Below, in pieces: positions 40,036 to 54,245 of a DNA stretch of 64,000 nt. The notes under the pieces were generated by a model. It made no database searches. It was not told the DNA's origin and saw only the letters and a program-made list of their open reading frames with translations. Location: the NCBI RefSeq assembly GCF_006345805.1, contig NC_043013.1, positions 37,882,001-37,946,000 of the forward strand, in the 5' to 3' direction. Within the stretch, counting starts at the first letter, position 1. Each line of letters begins with the position of its first letter. Position numbers and translations under genes: made by a program. Source of the DNA: Octopus sinensis (taxonomy: Eukaryota).

Positions 40036-40429
40036 AACATTTCTGCCAGCTCACCAAAAATGCAAATAATTAAACAATTCCTTTTTTTTATATTTCAAAT
40101 TTGTATTTTAAATTATCCTCATTTCTGACTATCAGTTCATCAAAGTATCTTAGTAAGAAAGCCATAAATACAACTCATATGATACAACAGCTGTTACTCG
40201 TTTCCAACGGAGGTTAATGGAAGATCGGGGAGGCCGAAGGCAACAAATCATCAACATTAATAACAATATGTGTTGAAAGTTAGAACTAATGACTGTGAAC
40301 TTAATATCAAGTATTTGGATTACTTTGGCGTAGAGAACATAAGTTAATATTCTCAGCATATTTTTTGCTATCCAATATGACAATATTCTGGTTTTTTCTT
40401 TGAAGATACGGCATTGAATTGTATGTTGC

Positions 40430-41090
40430 TAGGCAAGCTGGCAGAATCGTTAGCATGCCAGGCGAAATGCTAAGTGGCATTTCGTTCGTCTTTAGGATTT
40501 TAGTTCAAATTCTGCCGGGCTCGACTTTGCCTTTCATTCTTTCGATGTCGATAAAATAAGTCCCGGGTGTTGATATAATCGATTTGACTATTCCCCAGAA
40601 ATGTCAAACCTTATGCCTACAGTAGAAAGGATCTTAGTGGAAGTTAAGGATGACAGAATCGTTAGCATGTTGGGCATTATGCTTTGCGGCATTTCGTATG
40701 TTTTCCATGTTCTGAGATCAAATTCTGCCGAGGTGGACTTAACCTTTTATCATTTCTTGGTCGATAAAATGTGCACCAGTTGAACATTGCGGTCGGTGCA
40801 ACCAACTTATACCTATGCTGGCCTTGTGCCTTGTGCCAAAATTTGAAACCAATATTCTAGTAGCAGTTAAGTCAACGAGCTGGCAGAATCGTTAGCACGT
40901 TGAGCGAAATGCTTACCTGCACTTCGGCTGTCTTTACGTTTTGGGTACAAATTCCGCCGAGGTCGACATTGCCTTTTATTCTTCCGGGGTCCATAAAGTG
41001 AGTCTTTCTTAATCACTGGAGCATTTGTAATCGACGTAACACCTCCTCCGAAATTGCTGGCCTTATACTAAAACTTAAATCTAATATTTT
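40430..41090 (+). mobile_element. Three decayed SINE family B copies
   Basis: gcagaatcgttagcatg heads at about 40440, 40650 and 40880. Confidence 0.8.
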
Positions 41091-41126
41091 AGAACAGGTT
41101 AAAGCTACGCGCTGGCAAAATCAATA

Positions 41127-41511
41127 TCTCTCTCTATATGAACGGCAGTTTGTCTGTCTGCGTGTCTGTGTGTCTGTTAGGTTGTACCCTCACCCTGACC
41201 ACGGCTTTCAACCGATTCTGATGAAACTTGACACACACATAGCCCAATGTCATAATTCAAAACTAACGCAGCGAAAATTTTGAAAAGTTCCTCCAGTTCT
41301 GAAAAAAATCGATAAATTCGACATGGGGTCGAGAATCAGAAACACAAACCACAGACTGTCTAGGGGACGCAACTCGACCTTTTTAACTCTCAAAAAAAAT
41401 TAACCATAATTTTTTTCCCCATTTTTTTGCTATTTTTTGGCTATGACTCTCTAAAAATGCTTTATAGTTATTTCCCTTACAAACCCGAGCAACGCCGGGC
41501 GATACTGCTAG
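41127..41511 (+). mobile_element. Non-autonomous Helitron-type element
   Basis: 5' TC, 3' GC-rich hairpin cccgagc-aac-gccggg followed by CTAG, inserted between A and T, no TSD. Confidence 0.8.
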
Positions 41512-42105
41512 TATTAATAAAAATTAAATTCGGAAAATTTAGATTTGAAACCAAAATATTTTAGTAGCAGTTTATAACTGGATGTTTATAAATCATTTTA
41601 ATATTAAATGGATAATCTGTAGATTACATATGGTATGATGTTTTTTTTTCTCTTTTGTCGAGGAAGAGTATAAAGTAACAAAACACACACACACACTTAA
41701 TGATGTACCAAATTGCCCAATTAAACAACTTAGAGCTCGATATTCTGCAATTTTGGAATCTGTTCTTGGATAATGTATTACATAAATTAACATAAATTAA
41801 CATAAGTAACCTGTTAAGATATAACATGATAACATCTTTTTTAAAATGTCGTAAAAAATTTATTTACGTGCATTTCAAAACTCTCCACTGATCATGATTC
41901 ATCAAACGAAATCTATCGAAAATGAAAAACTGTTTAAAATAATATCCTTATACGAGGATGGCGAAGTAGGATGCGTGAGATGGTCGAGGTCGAACCTTGC
42001 TTGCTCTTATCCAATCCCGGGACAAAACAGGAGTTAAATAACTACTGATGCAACAACAACAACAACAACAATAACAACAGATCTATCGCAACATTTATTG
42101 ACCTG

Positions 42106-42504
42106 TAGGCGTAGAAGTGGCTGCGTGGTAAGTAGCTTGCTTACCAACCACATGATCCCGGGTTCAGTCCCACTGCATGGAACCATGGGCAGGTGTCTTC
42201 TACTATAGCCTCGGGCCGATCAAAGCATTGTGAGTGGATTTGGTAGACGGAAACTGAAAGAACCCCGTCGTATATGTGTATACATATATATGCATGTGTG
42301 TGTGTATGTTTGTGTGTCTGTGTGTGTCTCCCCAACATCGCTTGACAACCGATGCTGGTATATTTACGTCCCCGTTACTTAGTGGTTCGGCAAAAGAGAC
42401 CGATAGAATAAGTACTAGGCTTACAAAGATTAAGTCCTGGGGTCGATTTGTGCTCCAGCATGGCCACAGTCAAATGACTGAAACAAGTAAAAGAGTAAAA
42501 GAGT
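42106..42504 (+). mobile_element. tRNA-derived SINE family A, full length
   Basis: Complete head to tail. Confidence 0.92.
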
Positions 42505-42601
42505 AATTGTTGACTGGAACTTAGAAAGATTGTGTGGACCGGGCATATTGCAAATTAGGTGATAGAAGATAACACTATCATATTTCGTTCATCATTCTCC
42601 C

Positions 42602-42646
<45 letters not shown>

Positions 42647-44157
42647 AGTCTTTCATTCTCTTTCTCTCTCTAGCCTTTCTTTGCCTCTCTCTCTCTTTAC
42701 CTCTCTTTCTCTTACACTGTATTTAAACTTCTATGTGCATTCTTGTGTGTGTGTGTGTGTCTGTTTACATGTGTGTGTACGTGTGTGTGTGTTTCAGTGT
42801 TTATTTTTTCCTGAGGTGTGTCTTTATATATCTCTTAATCTCGCGAACTTGCTTGGCCAAATATGAGTGTAATCCACCGATATCAATTCAAATATTAAAT
42901 TTGATATTTGTCTTTGGGAGAGTTAGAAAATAACTGATGAATTTCTTATAGATTTTTGAAGCTAACACGTGAATGACTGAATTACGATATCATTCTACAT
43001 CTCCAATTTATGGTTTGTGTCCGTATTGGGTAGATGATTCGCATCTTTGGCACCGTCTCAAAAAATGAACTAAAATCAAAGTAAATAAAAGCAAAGAAAC
43101 GATAACAAAAATTAATATGAACTCCTTCTGTATCTTAATTTAAGACAGCATCGATTCCTTTCATACTTATCTGCCGCAAAGAAATTAACGGGATAATTTA
43201 CTAATATTTAATATTGACTATCTAACAAATAATTCCTGATTGGTCTTTAATTCACTTCTGGCTCCTACGTATACATACATTCGTACATACATACATGCAT
43301 ACATACATACATACATACATACATACATACATACAATATATATACATACATATATTTATGTATATATGTATTCATATCAGCATGAATGTGCGTGTTTTCT
43401 TTTTTTTCTAACGAAAGAGAGGCCTATTTGTCGAATTAAAAAGATAGAGAGAGAAACAGAGACAGTATTAAGCAAGGATATTGTTACAGAAATTGAAATA
43501 ATCAGGACTCTAAAACCATTCTCATAACCTTATTACACAGATTCCTTTTTACTGTGACCTAAAATATTGTTGCATTTTATCATCTTTTCCTTCGAAATGT
43601 CTTGATAACTGAAACAATATATCTAGGTACTCAGTGATACATACATACATATACATATATATACATACAAACATATATATATGAATGTATGTGTATATAT
43701 ATATGCATGTATGTGTAAATGTAAATGGATATACGTAAATATACATATATGTATGTATATAAATGTTCATGTATGTATAAACGTTTGTATATGTATGTAT
43801 GTATGCATATATATATATATTTGCATATATGTGTGTATATGTGTGTGTGTGTCTACATAAATACATACATATATACTTACAAATGTACATCCATATTCAT
43901 TCATAGGCATGTGTGTGTGTGTATGTATATATATATATATATATATAGTTATTGAAATGGATAAATGAATTATCTTGTTACGGATTATTCAAAAGATAAC
44001 CGATACCTGGGTAGTAAAAATCACAACAGAAAAATCACGGCTGAGGTTACGACCATGGGGTCTCAAACTCGTGCCTTAATGCGGAAATCTGAAGTTTATA
44101 TATTTAGTGTAGGAAGAAATGGAGCTGAACGACGATTTAACAAAATTCCTTTTTATT

Positions 44158-44234
44158 ATTTTCTACATATGTTTCAAAGTCCCTAATTCGGATTGAATAA
44201 GGAGACCATTTTGCAGCCTTCTCTTCAGGAAAAT
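44158..44234 (-). ncRNA. Type I hammerhead motif, second copy of the 35752 family
   Basis: ATTTTC-CTGAAGA-GAAG...CTTT-GAA-ACATATGT-A-GAAAAT; flanks atgggctcc, aagttcc and ggaattttgttaa.tcgtcgttca.ctccatt are shared with 35685-35880. Confidence 0.7.
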
Positions 44235-44393
44235 CCAGGAACTTAATTCTCCAACAAAATGCACATCAAACTTTTCGACAAACGCTCGCGAGGAGCCCAT
44301 GGGATAAATGGCACAGAACTGTCTCTCAATATGCGTTGACGCCAGGCTGGGTGAAAGCAGACGAAAAAGTCCGTTGAGATAAATCAAGGTCAC

Positions 44394-44434
<41 letters not shown>

Positions 44435-44550
44435 TGCGTAATAATATGATATTATTAGGCTATTTATTAATCATATCCATTCATCAGAGACGGTGTGAGA
44501 GGATGGTTAAAGCATAGTCAGTTGAGATGGGTCTCAATGACACCATTATC

Positions 44551-44593
<43 letters not shown>

Positions 44594-44597
<4 letters not shown>

Positions 44598-44985
44598 TGC
44601 AAGAGTGGCTCTGTGGTAAGAACCTTGCTTACCAATTACATATTTCCGGGTTCAGTCCCACAGCGGGGCACCTTGGGCCAGTGTCTTCTACTATTGCTTC
44701 GGGCCGGCCAAAACCTTGTGATTGAATTTGGTAGACGGAAACTGAAAGAAATCCGTCGTATATATGTGTATTTGAATATGTATTTGTGAGTTTGTGTTTG
44801 TCTCCCATCCATCGCTTGACACCGATGTTGGTGGATTTACGTCCCCGTAACTTAGCGTTTCGGTAAAAGAGCCCAATGGAATGGGTACTAGGCTTACAAA
44901 GGATATGTACTTAGATTAGTTTGTTCGATTAAAGGCGGTGCTCCAGCATGGCCGCAGTCAAAACACTGAAATACGTTAAATAATA
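44594..44985 (+). mobile_element. tRNA-derived SINE family A, full length
   Basis: Complete head to tail, adjacent to (TA)n. Confidence 0.9.
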
Positions 44986-45046
44986 AAAATATATATACTT
45001 ATATATATGCATGTGTGTTTATGTATGTATTCTATGTATGAGTATA

Positions 45047-45084
<38 letters not shown>

Positions 45085-45259
45085 TATATATATATATATA
45101 TATATATACATTCACCCCACGTGCATATACGCTCACATGGATTAATGATTTTTGTTGTTGTTTCTTACCTAAACTTTATAAATTAAAAGTTTCTCACAGC
45201 TGTTATTCCTATGGTGTTTGGCCACTGAATATTTCCCATAAATATGCTCCTTTTTATCA

Positions 45260-45650
45260 ACACCACCACTGCAGCGGCTGCTGCGGCTGCTGCTGCTGCA
45301 ACTACCAACACCGCCGCATTAACATTACAGTTGTTGCTGTTGTTGTTATTGTTGTCTTCGTTACAATCTTTATGTTCTTGTTGGGAGGCCATTATCTTCA
45401 TATCCGTATCATCATCATCATCATCATGTCGCCACCACCGCTACCATCACCACCACCACCACCACCACCACCACCACCACCACACCCACCACCGCTACCA
45501 CCACTACCACCACCGTCATCGTCACCGTCGTCGTCCTCGTCTTCGTGGTCGTTGACGTCATTTATCGTCACCCTCGTTATCATCATCATCATCATCATCA
45601 TCATAATCATCATCGTCGTCATCATCATCATCATCATCATTATCATCATC
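45260..45650. repeat. Compound trinucleotide tract (GCN)n/(CCA)n/(CAT)n
   Basis: Direct reading; explains the poly-A/P/H/I ORFs. Confidence 0.92.
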
Positions 45651-46369
45651 GGCTATTTTGTCATTACAATTCTTTTAGTTCGATAAACAGTTTTTCTTTT
45701 TTTTTTTTTTTCTTTTTTGCTTTTTATTTTGTTTTCTTTTTCTTTTCGTATTCTTGTTTATTTAGTATATTTTCCTTTTTTTTTTAATTCTGTTTGCTAC
45801 TTATCTTCTCATTTTCCTTTTTCATTCTTTTCAATAATATCAATACTAAACCTAAATATGCAACTTGAATCCAGGCCAAAGCATTTGTTGCCTTAAATTA
45901 AGATCTTGTCAATCATGTTTAATATTTAATTCACCTATTTTTTCTTCTGAACTCAATATTACTGGCTGTCGACCCACGATCCTATCTACCAATACACAAA
46001 ACGTCAATTTTTCTTCTGTTTTTCTTCCATTTTATTTTCCTTTTTTTTTTTTCATCAACATATACTTACACTCTTCTAACTAACCTTCACACATGCGCAT
46101 TGCAACGGAATTCCAATTACCATATTTAAACCACGTCCGAAAAGAAATTTCATGTGTCTTTCTATTAACCCATTTATATTTCACTGAATGCTCAACAAAG
46201 AAATTAAACTGTCAAGTAACTTTTATGTGGTAGCACAAATAAGAGTTTTGCCAAATTGAAAGAGAATTAGACAGAGATATTTACCGATTGTTTTACAAGG
46301 TGGCTTCGCAACCGCGTGGTTTTGTGTTCGATCACACTATCATCATTGTATCTAGCTTTGGCTTGGTTA

Positions 46370-46790
46370 AGGCAGCGAGCAGGCAGAAACGTTAGCACAC
46401 CGGGCGAAATGCTCTGCGGTATTTCGCCTGCCGCTACGTTCTGAGCTCAAGTTCAGCCAGGTCGACTTTGCCTTTCATCCTTGTCCGGGTCGATAAATTA
46501 AGTACCGGTTTCGCACTGGGGTCGATAAAATCGACTTAATCCCTTTATCTGTCCTTGATTGTCCTTTCTGTGTTTAGCCCCTTGAGGGTAGTAAAGAAAT
46601 AGTTATTTCGTCTGCAGTTACGTTCTGAGTTCAAATTCCACCGAGGTTGACTTTGCCTTTCATCATTCGAGGTCGATAAACTAAGTACCAGTTGCGTACT
46701 GGGGTCGATCTAATCGACTGCCCCCCCCCCTCTCCAAAAATGTCGGGCGTTGCACCTAGAGTAAAAAAGAATAATTTTAAAGCAGCGAGG
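46370..46790 (+). mobile_element. SINE family B tandem dimer
   Basis: Full head, unit 1, junction gaaatagttatttcgtctgc, unit 2. Confidence 0.88.
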
Positions 46791-48383
46791 TGCCTAGAAT
46801 ATAACAGAATATCTTTGACTTGGTTTATTCAGTGGACTGCGACCATGCTGGAGCACGCTTTGGAAAGTATAGTCGAACAAGTCGATCACAGTACTTAGTT
46901 CTTTTAAACCATTAGCAATTGACAATTTATTCTGTCAAGTGTAATGTTTATTCATTCAATTTCATTTTTCAATTAATCGTGCATTATTTTATATCTTCAA
47001 GATTTCAGTGGCTGGATTATTTATTTTTACAATGACATTGTACGATATGTGTGAGAAGCCAGATAAAACTAATTTGAACATAAAACAAATAGAATGAACC
47101 TCGCAGTAACTAGTGGTCGTCCTCCTCTAAATACGTACATATAATACACATTAGATGGCAGGATGGCATTAAACTACACGAAAAGATAATGAAAGATAGT
47201 GTCATTAAATTATTAACGTTATAGAAGCTTTCTTTGTGTTCGATAAGTTAAAATGTTGGTAGTTGATTTTATAATAATTAAGTATCAGGTCCAAACACAT
47301 TCCGTGGTTATATCTTCTAAAACGTTCCAGCAACGGCTATCCTGTGTTCTGATTGTCCTTGCACAGGGGTCAACCGGGCGCCCGTTTGTGACGTGAACAG
47401 GGATTAATCTTCTCCCTTCGCTCTTTTGCTCCATATGGGCTCAACTCCTCTTCCCTCTTCATCTAACCTTCTCTCCTTTCCTCTCTCTCCCTTACACCTA
47501 CTTCATCCCACTTACTTCTCCCCTCTTGCTCCGACTCCTACTTCTCTTCATTTCTACTCTCCTTCTCTCTTCTCGTCACTCCTACCCATATTTTCCCTTC
47601 CCCCTTCATCGTCACCCCTCCCTCGTGATCCCAGCCCACCCCTACACAATCCAACCCCGCCTTCCCTATCTATAGCACACCACCCCATCCCTTACACCCA
47701 CTCCCACATACCCCACCCTCAGCCTACACACCTCTCAGTCTAACCCTTTCCCCACCCTCGCTTTTCCCACTATTGCCTCCCCCACCTCCCAACACCATCA
47801 CACCACACCATACACCACCATACAACACAATACCATATCACATCACATCAAATCACACCACCACGTACACATTAGCACTGAGCACTTCCCAGTCCCACAT
47901 CCACACACACATACACACACGCACACGTCAAGGCTACCAGCCCTCTTCCACACACACATATATGCTCTCTTATACACACACACGCGCACCTACGTTTTGG
48001 CATAACTACTACTTTATTATCTCCCCTTCTTCCTAGCTCTCCTGTCTGATCCCTCTGTTCCGCATTCACCATGATGGATCTCTAGCCACTACACATTCTT
48101 TATTTTTTTCTCCTCGATTCTTTCTGTGGAAGAGCATAGGCTCCAAACGTTAGTGACTTTTTCACTTCCCAAGCGTTAAACAAATACATCTGTTTGTTGT
48201 TTACACTACCTACCTTCATCTTTTGTTTTTGTTTTGGTTTTTTTTTGCGAATTTTCCCTATCTACTAAATTACATTGGCAAATTAGCCTTAGAGCGTAAA
48301 GTCTGCATTACTGCATCAAGATTCGACAATCCTCAGTATTCTTGGACAAAATACAGGGTTTCATATATCTGCTTTTACTTTAA

Positions 48384-48745
48384 GGCAGCAAGCTGGCAGA
48401 AACGTTAGTACGCCGGGTGAAATGCTTAGCGGTATTTTGTCTGCCGCTACGTTCTGAGTTCAAATTCCGACGAGGTCGACTTTGCCTTTCATCCTATCGG
48501 GGTCGATAAATTAATTACCAGTTACGCACTGGGGTCGATATAATCGACTTAATCCGTGTGTCTGTCCTTGTTTTTTCCTCTCTATGTTTTGCCCCTTGTG
48601 GGTAGTAAAGAAATAAGCATTTCGTCTGGCTTAACGTTTTGAGTTCAAGTTCCGCTTTCTTCCTTTCGGTTGCGTACTGGGGTCTATCAACTCGACTGGC
48701 ATCCTTTCCAAAAATTTCGGGCCTTGTGCCTAGCGTAGAAAAATA
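48384..48745 (+). mobile_element. SINE family B with a partial second unit
   Basis: aaggcagcaagctggcagaaacgttagtacgccgggtgaaatgcttagcgg head. Confidence 0.88.
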
Positions 48746-49000
48746 TTTCTTCTTACTTTCAATATGTCCGTGTTTTGCTTCCTTATATTTAAAAAAGAAA
48801 AGTTTTAACTTCAAAAACGTCTCCTTTATTTACATTACTTAGCACTCATTTTAAGGTTTGACTAACATTCAGGGATGAAGAAAATTCCCTGAAAATTTAT
48901 TCAAAGTGATTTAAGTATAAGTATGCATGTATATCTATCTATGTATCTATCTGCCTCTGTCTGTCTGTCTGTCTGCCTGTCTTTCTAAACTATCTGTCAG

Positions 49001-49072
<72 letters not shown>

Positions 49073-49080
49073 CCTATCTG

Positions 49081-49170
<90 letters not shown>

Positions 49171-49524
49171 ATATATATATATATATAAATAATATATGGT
49201 TGCTTCGGAGCAACCATATTATATATATATATAATACATATATACATATATATATACAAAGATATCTTTATATATATATAAATATTCATATATATATATA
49301 TATTATATATATACACATTATATATATACATATAGTGAGAAATAAATAGATGCATATACATAGATAGATACATACATTGATAGGTAGACATGCATACATA
49401 CGTGTATGTATATACTTATATAAATATGAATATATGCCATTATGAATCTATGCATGTATGTATGCATATTCATATGTATGTATGTATTTATGTATGTATG
49501 TATGTATGTATGTATGTATGTATG

Positions 49525-49555
<31 letters not shown>

Positions 49556-50344
49556 TGAAAGCGTTTGCCCTAGTGGCCAGGTTGTTGGGTCCACTATTCT
49601 AAAGCTGTGGAATCGGCAGCAAGCATTTCTCTTCACATTTCTCCAATTTACTGAGATGAAAATATCTACCATAATATTTCTGATGCCATTCCCTTTCATT
49701 TCGTAGTTTCAAGGAGGGAGCACATGAATAAGTTCCTCTTTCCGTATGTAATTTGATTCAACTCTTAATTAAATCTGCAAATGTGTAAAAACATTTGACT
49801 CAACCTGCTGTACGTATATGTATTTGTGTATGCATTTATATAGTTATACTTTGAACAAATACATCATATAAAGGAATAGTCCTGCATTTCGTGTTCTTGA
49901 GGTGTACAATTCATCGTATACCCTAGCCTATTTACCTCAAATTGTAGGGTTGTGACGGTATTGGAACCTGTCTTTTGAAATGTAAGTTAGAATAGATACG
50001 AGTAGGAATCGAACGAACTTGGCTAATCTACATCACCAGCAGTTTACTATGTAGGCTACGGTGAAGATCAGGCGAGACACAAATTAAATAAAACTTGAGA
50101 CACTTATTAGTACTTCAGCTTTCCTTCACTGTCTGTCGCTCAATATAAATGTTTATTGAAATTGTGTCATTCAATAATAAGTATCATCGACCGCGAAGTC
50201 ATTTGGATTACTGGTTGACTGTTCTAAACGTCATTTGGGCTGATGAAGAAAACCCACCGACACAGACACAAACACGCACTCACATATGTATGGCTATATA
50301 CGTAGATATAAATCTATATAAGCATATATGTGCATGTATGTATG

Positions 50345-50407
<63 letters not shown>

Positions 50408-50443
50408 GTATACGTGTATGTATACTATATGTATATATGTATG

Positions 50444-50476
<33 letters not shown>

Positions 50477-50490
50477 GATGTATGTATATA

Positions 50491-50522
<32 letters not shown>

Positions 50523-50688
50523 TATTATATATTATATATATATATATATATGTATATATATTTATGTATATGTATGTATTATATGGTATAAAATTAACTG
50601 CAGACAATCAATGTTCCAATCATGAAAATATCACAGGAAATTATATTATATTAAATGCGTATCTGGTCACAAAGATATATATACATAT

Positions 50689-50724
<36 letters not shown>

Positions 50725-51711
50725 CATATTCTTTTTATTATGCAGATGTGCATATAAGTATTTGTACACACACAAACACACATATATATATATATGCGTT
50801 TGTCTCTGTAGATATGTATGTATACGTCTCTGTAAACGTGCACATGTGTGTATGTCTGGATGATTTTACTTTCGTAGATTATATACAGTAATGAAAAATA
50901 TCTAAAATACATGAGGTACCTACATATATAAAATAGTAATTTGTAATTACCTATCCGTTGAAATATTCCAAGCAACTGGTAGACAAAGTCTCCTTCCAGT
51001 AAGTGTCTGAAACACTACCCAAAATTCACTTTACAAATCTCAGGAGTTGTATGCTTTTTGAACAATAGAGGAAAGGCTATTCGCAAACACCTGGATCTTC
51101 AAAGCAACTTGGCAAATAACGGTCATGCTTCGGTCGTGGTAGACCTCTTCAGTGTGGTGTTTAGTTTCTGTGTACATACATTTATATTTACACGCGCGTA
51201 CACACACAGACACATACACACACACATACATACACAGATATATACGCGTCTGCGTGTGTTTAAACATATACATTTAGCTATACACACACACACACAAGCA
51301 CACACATATATAATATATATGTACATAGCTATATATACGTTTATGGAGGTGTGTATACATATACGTCTATGTAAGTTTTCAATTCGTACATGAGTGTCGC
51401 TTCGAGAGAAAGTAAACAAACAACTAGCGGCAACTGAAACCTACCTTAAATGTAAAATCGAATTCTCAAATCCGGAAAATTAGAAAACATAAACACATAA
51501 AACAATAGATTACTACACTGTCAGATTTAGGAAATGTTTTGCTTATTTTCAAGTTTGATTTGAAGATTTAATTTTCGGGAATTTTATTTGTCGAAAACTC
51601 ATGTTTCCAAGGTTACTAATACTTTTGGTGGAAATGTAAATTAATATCCTTGCAGTGAAGCTGTAGCATGATTCGAAGTGTGTATGGGTGAGTGTGGGCG
51701 TTTACACACAC

Positions 51712-51751
<40 letters not shown>

Positions 51752-52726
51752 GAAGAGGTAGATTGAAAGATAGATACAGAGAGGGGTATAAGAGCGAATG
51801 GAAAGGAATAGAGAGGAGTAGGCAGAGTGGAGACAGAGCCGAGAGTACGCTTTGATTGAGTATTTTCTATGCATGTTCTTACGTATTTCAGGCATTATTT
51901 CAAGTATATTACATTCGTTTAATGTTCATAAATTGGCATGCAGTAAAGATTTGTGTATGTGCGTGTTTGTCTCTGTGTACGTGTGTATATGTGTGTGCAG
52001 TATGTACATGGGTCTTATTCTTTGTGTATATATTACACAAGTTTATCCAACGCTTTTTCGTTTTTTTTTTTTGGTTGTTTTTCGTTTTTTGTTATTTTCT
52101 TCTGCAATCACACACATCCCACATTTTCCAGAACATCAATTTACATTCGCTTTCAATAATCTCTATAATATTATGAGAAAAACACACAAAAAATAATAAC
52201 ATCGTTCATTTGCACTATCTTTCGTTTTTTTCAAACTTCGTTACATTAATTCGTTACTTTAACTAAGACGGAAATATTTCGTAAATATTTCTGAAATAAA
52301 ATAGAAAAAAAAAATATACATATATATACTTTCGCGAAAATAAACTTCTCAGGAAATAAGAATGAATAGCGTTTTGTCATTGGTAGTATCCTAGTGAATA
52401 CAAACTTTTTCTAAAATCCTTCATTTAGATATTAATATTATCACACTTTTTCAACAGCTGAATAGAATTTGCTTCTTTGAAGACGTTAATCAAAATGAGT
52501 AGGAAATCCGGCACTGGATTAAGACTGAAGAGCAAATACGTGTGTTTTGAAATTTATTTTTATTTTATTGAATTATTTATTTTTCAATACGGTATATAGA
52601 TACAAACATCACACTTGTCATGTTCGATGGCATGCTCCGTGAAAAATTCAACTCTCTTCCTTTACTTACTTTAATAGAAAAGTATACAAGGAGCCCAATA
52701 GGCAGTGCAGAGACGTATGCGTATGC

Positions 52727-52769
<43 letters not shown>

Positions 52770-53285
52770 ACAAACACATACATGTATACATGGCCACTTA
52801 CTCATATGTACATGTGTGTATGTTTTTGTATGTTTTTGTACGTCTGTATAAATGAGTGGCTTGTGTATATATATATTCCTGTACATTTCCAAATACAAAT
52901 GCAAATATACACGAATACAAATATATCATAGACACATAATCACATCCTTGCACATGCTTTTCCTCCCTCTGTCTATCTTTGTATATAACTACCTATACAC
53001 ACATACACACATATATGTATCTGTTTAACATTCATTAATGCATGCATATATGTGTGTGCGTGTGTGTGTATATTTATATATATGTATATATATATATATA
53101 TATATCTTCACACACACGGGGCATGTGTGGGAGTGGGAATGCGTAAGTACACGTGCGTGTATGTATAGAGGTGTCACTCAGTAGACACCTATGCAGAAAT
53201 AATTAAATAGTATACGTAAATTTGTGATTAGAATATACAAATAACCACTTCAATTTTGGATTTAAGATGGTACGATGAAAGTGGG

Positions 53286-53325
<40 letters not shown>

Positions 53326-53629
53326 GTATACATACATATGTATGTGTGTATGTATGTATGTGTGCAAATGTGTGAGAGAGGGCGTGTGCGTGTCTATGTG
53401 TGTGTGTTTGTGTTTGTGTGTGTCTATACGCTCAATCATATTTACATATTACTGGTATACATGAATACTGCCGAGTTCTCTCTCTCACACGCACACATTC
53501 AAACGCACACGCACGCACACACACACACACACACATTTACATTGTACGAAATGCATGTGCTTATAGTTAGATATACACATGTGATAAAGTGCATTAAAGA
53601 TAACATATCGTAGCTTCAAGTTCCATTTT

Positions 53630-54245
53630 ATTTGTTCACTCCGTATCGTGAGGCCCATGAAACCGCAACACGATCTCTCCAGCCAGCTCTATTTTCTGCT
53701 ACTCTTCTGATCTCATTCCAGCTTCTCCACCCTTCTAATCTCCTTTCCTTGTCAATGGGGTTTTAGGACATCCTGCTCATTTCCCCTCAGGGCATCACTT
53801 TAGTTCCACTATACAATCACTTTCTCAATCTTCTCTGAGGGCTTGTCGATCCACTTCCAGCGCCTGCGTTACAGAAACCACAACACACTTTGGGGTACCG
53901 ACACCTTTAACACCACTGTTCCGTACCTCGGGTTTAGCTGTTTGTCTCCGAGCCATGTGGATCATAATGTCGCAACACGATCTCTCCAGTCAGCTCTGTA
54001 ATCTGCCATTGTTCTGCTCTCATTCCAGCTTCTCCTAATTTTCTATCTCCTCCCCATTTCACGTCTTTCCTTGTAATGTTCCTTCGTCGTGTAGTTTTAG
54101 GGCGCCCTACTGCTCTTTCCCTCTCTGGATACCTCTTTAGAGCCATTATACAATTGCTTTCACGATCTTGTCTGAGGATGTTTCTGATCCAGTTCCAATG
54201 TCTGCGTTTTAGTTCGTTTCTGATCATGTTGATGTCCGTTGTCAT
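53630..54245 (-). mobile_element. Two tandem 3' fragments of an RTE-clade LINE
   Basis: IRNELKRRHWNWIRNILRQD...RAVGRPKTTRRR is typical of the RTE ORF end (RRRWxWIGHxLR..GRPKxTWRR). The second copy reads RRRWKWIDK; both share gcaacacgatctctccag.cagctct. Confidence 0.8.

Noticed and set aside
49939-49986. Possible 34-nt + strand micro-exon (GCDGIGTCLLK)
   Set aside because: Only AG and gtaagt support it; insufficient
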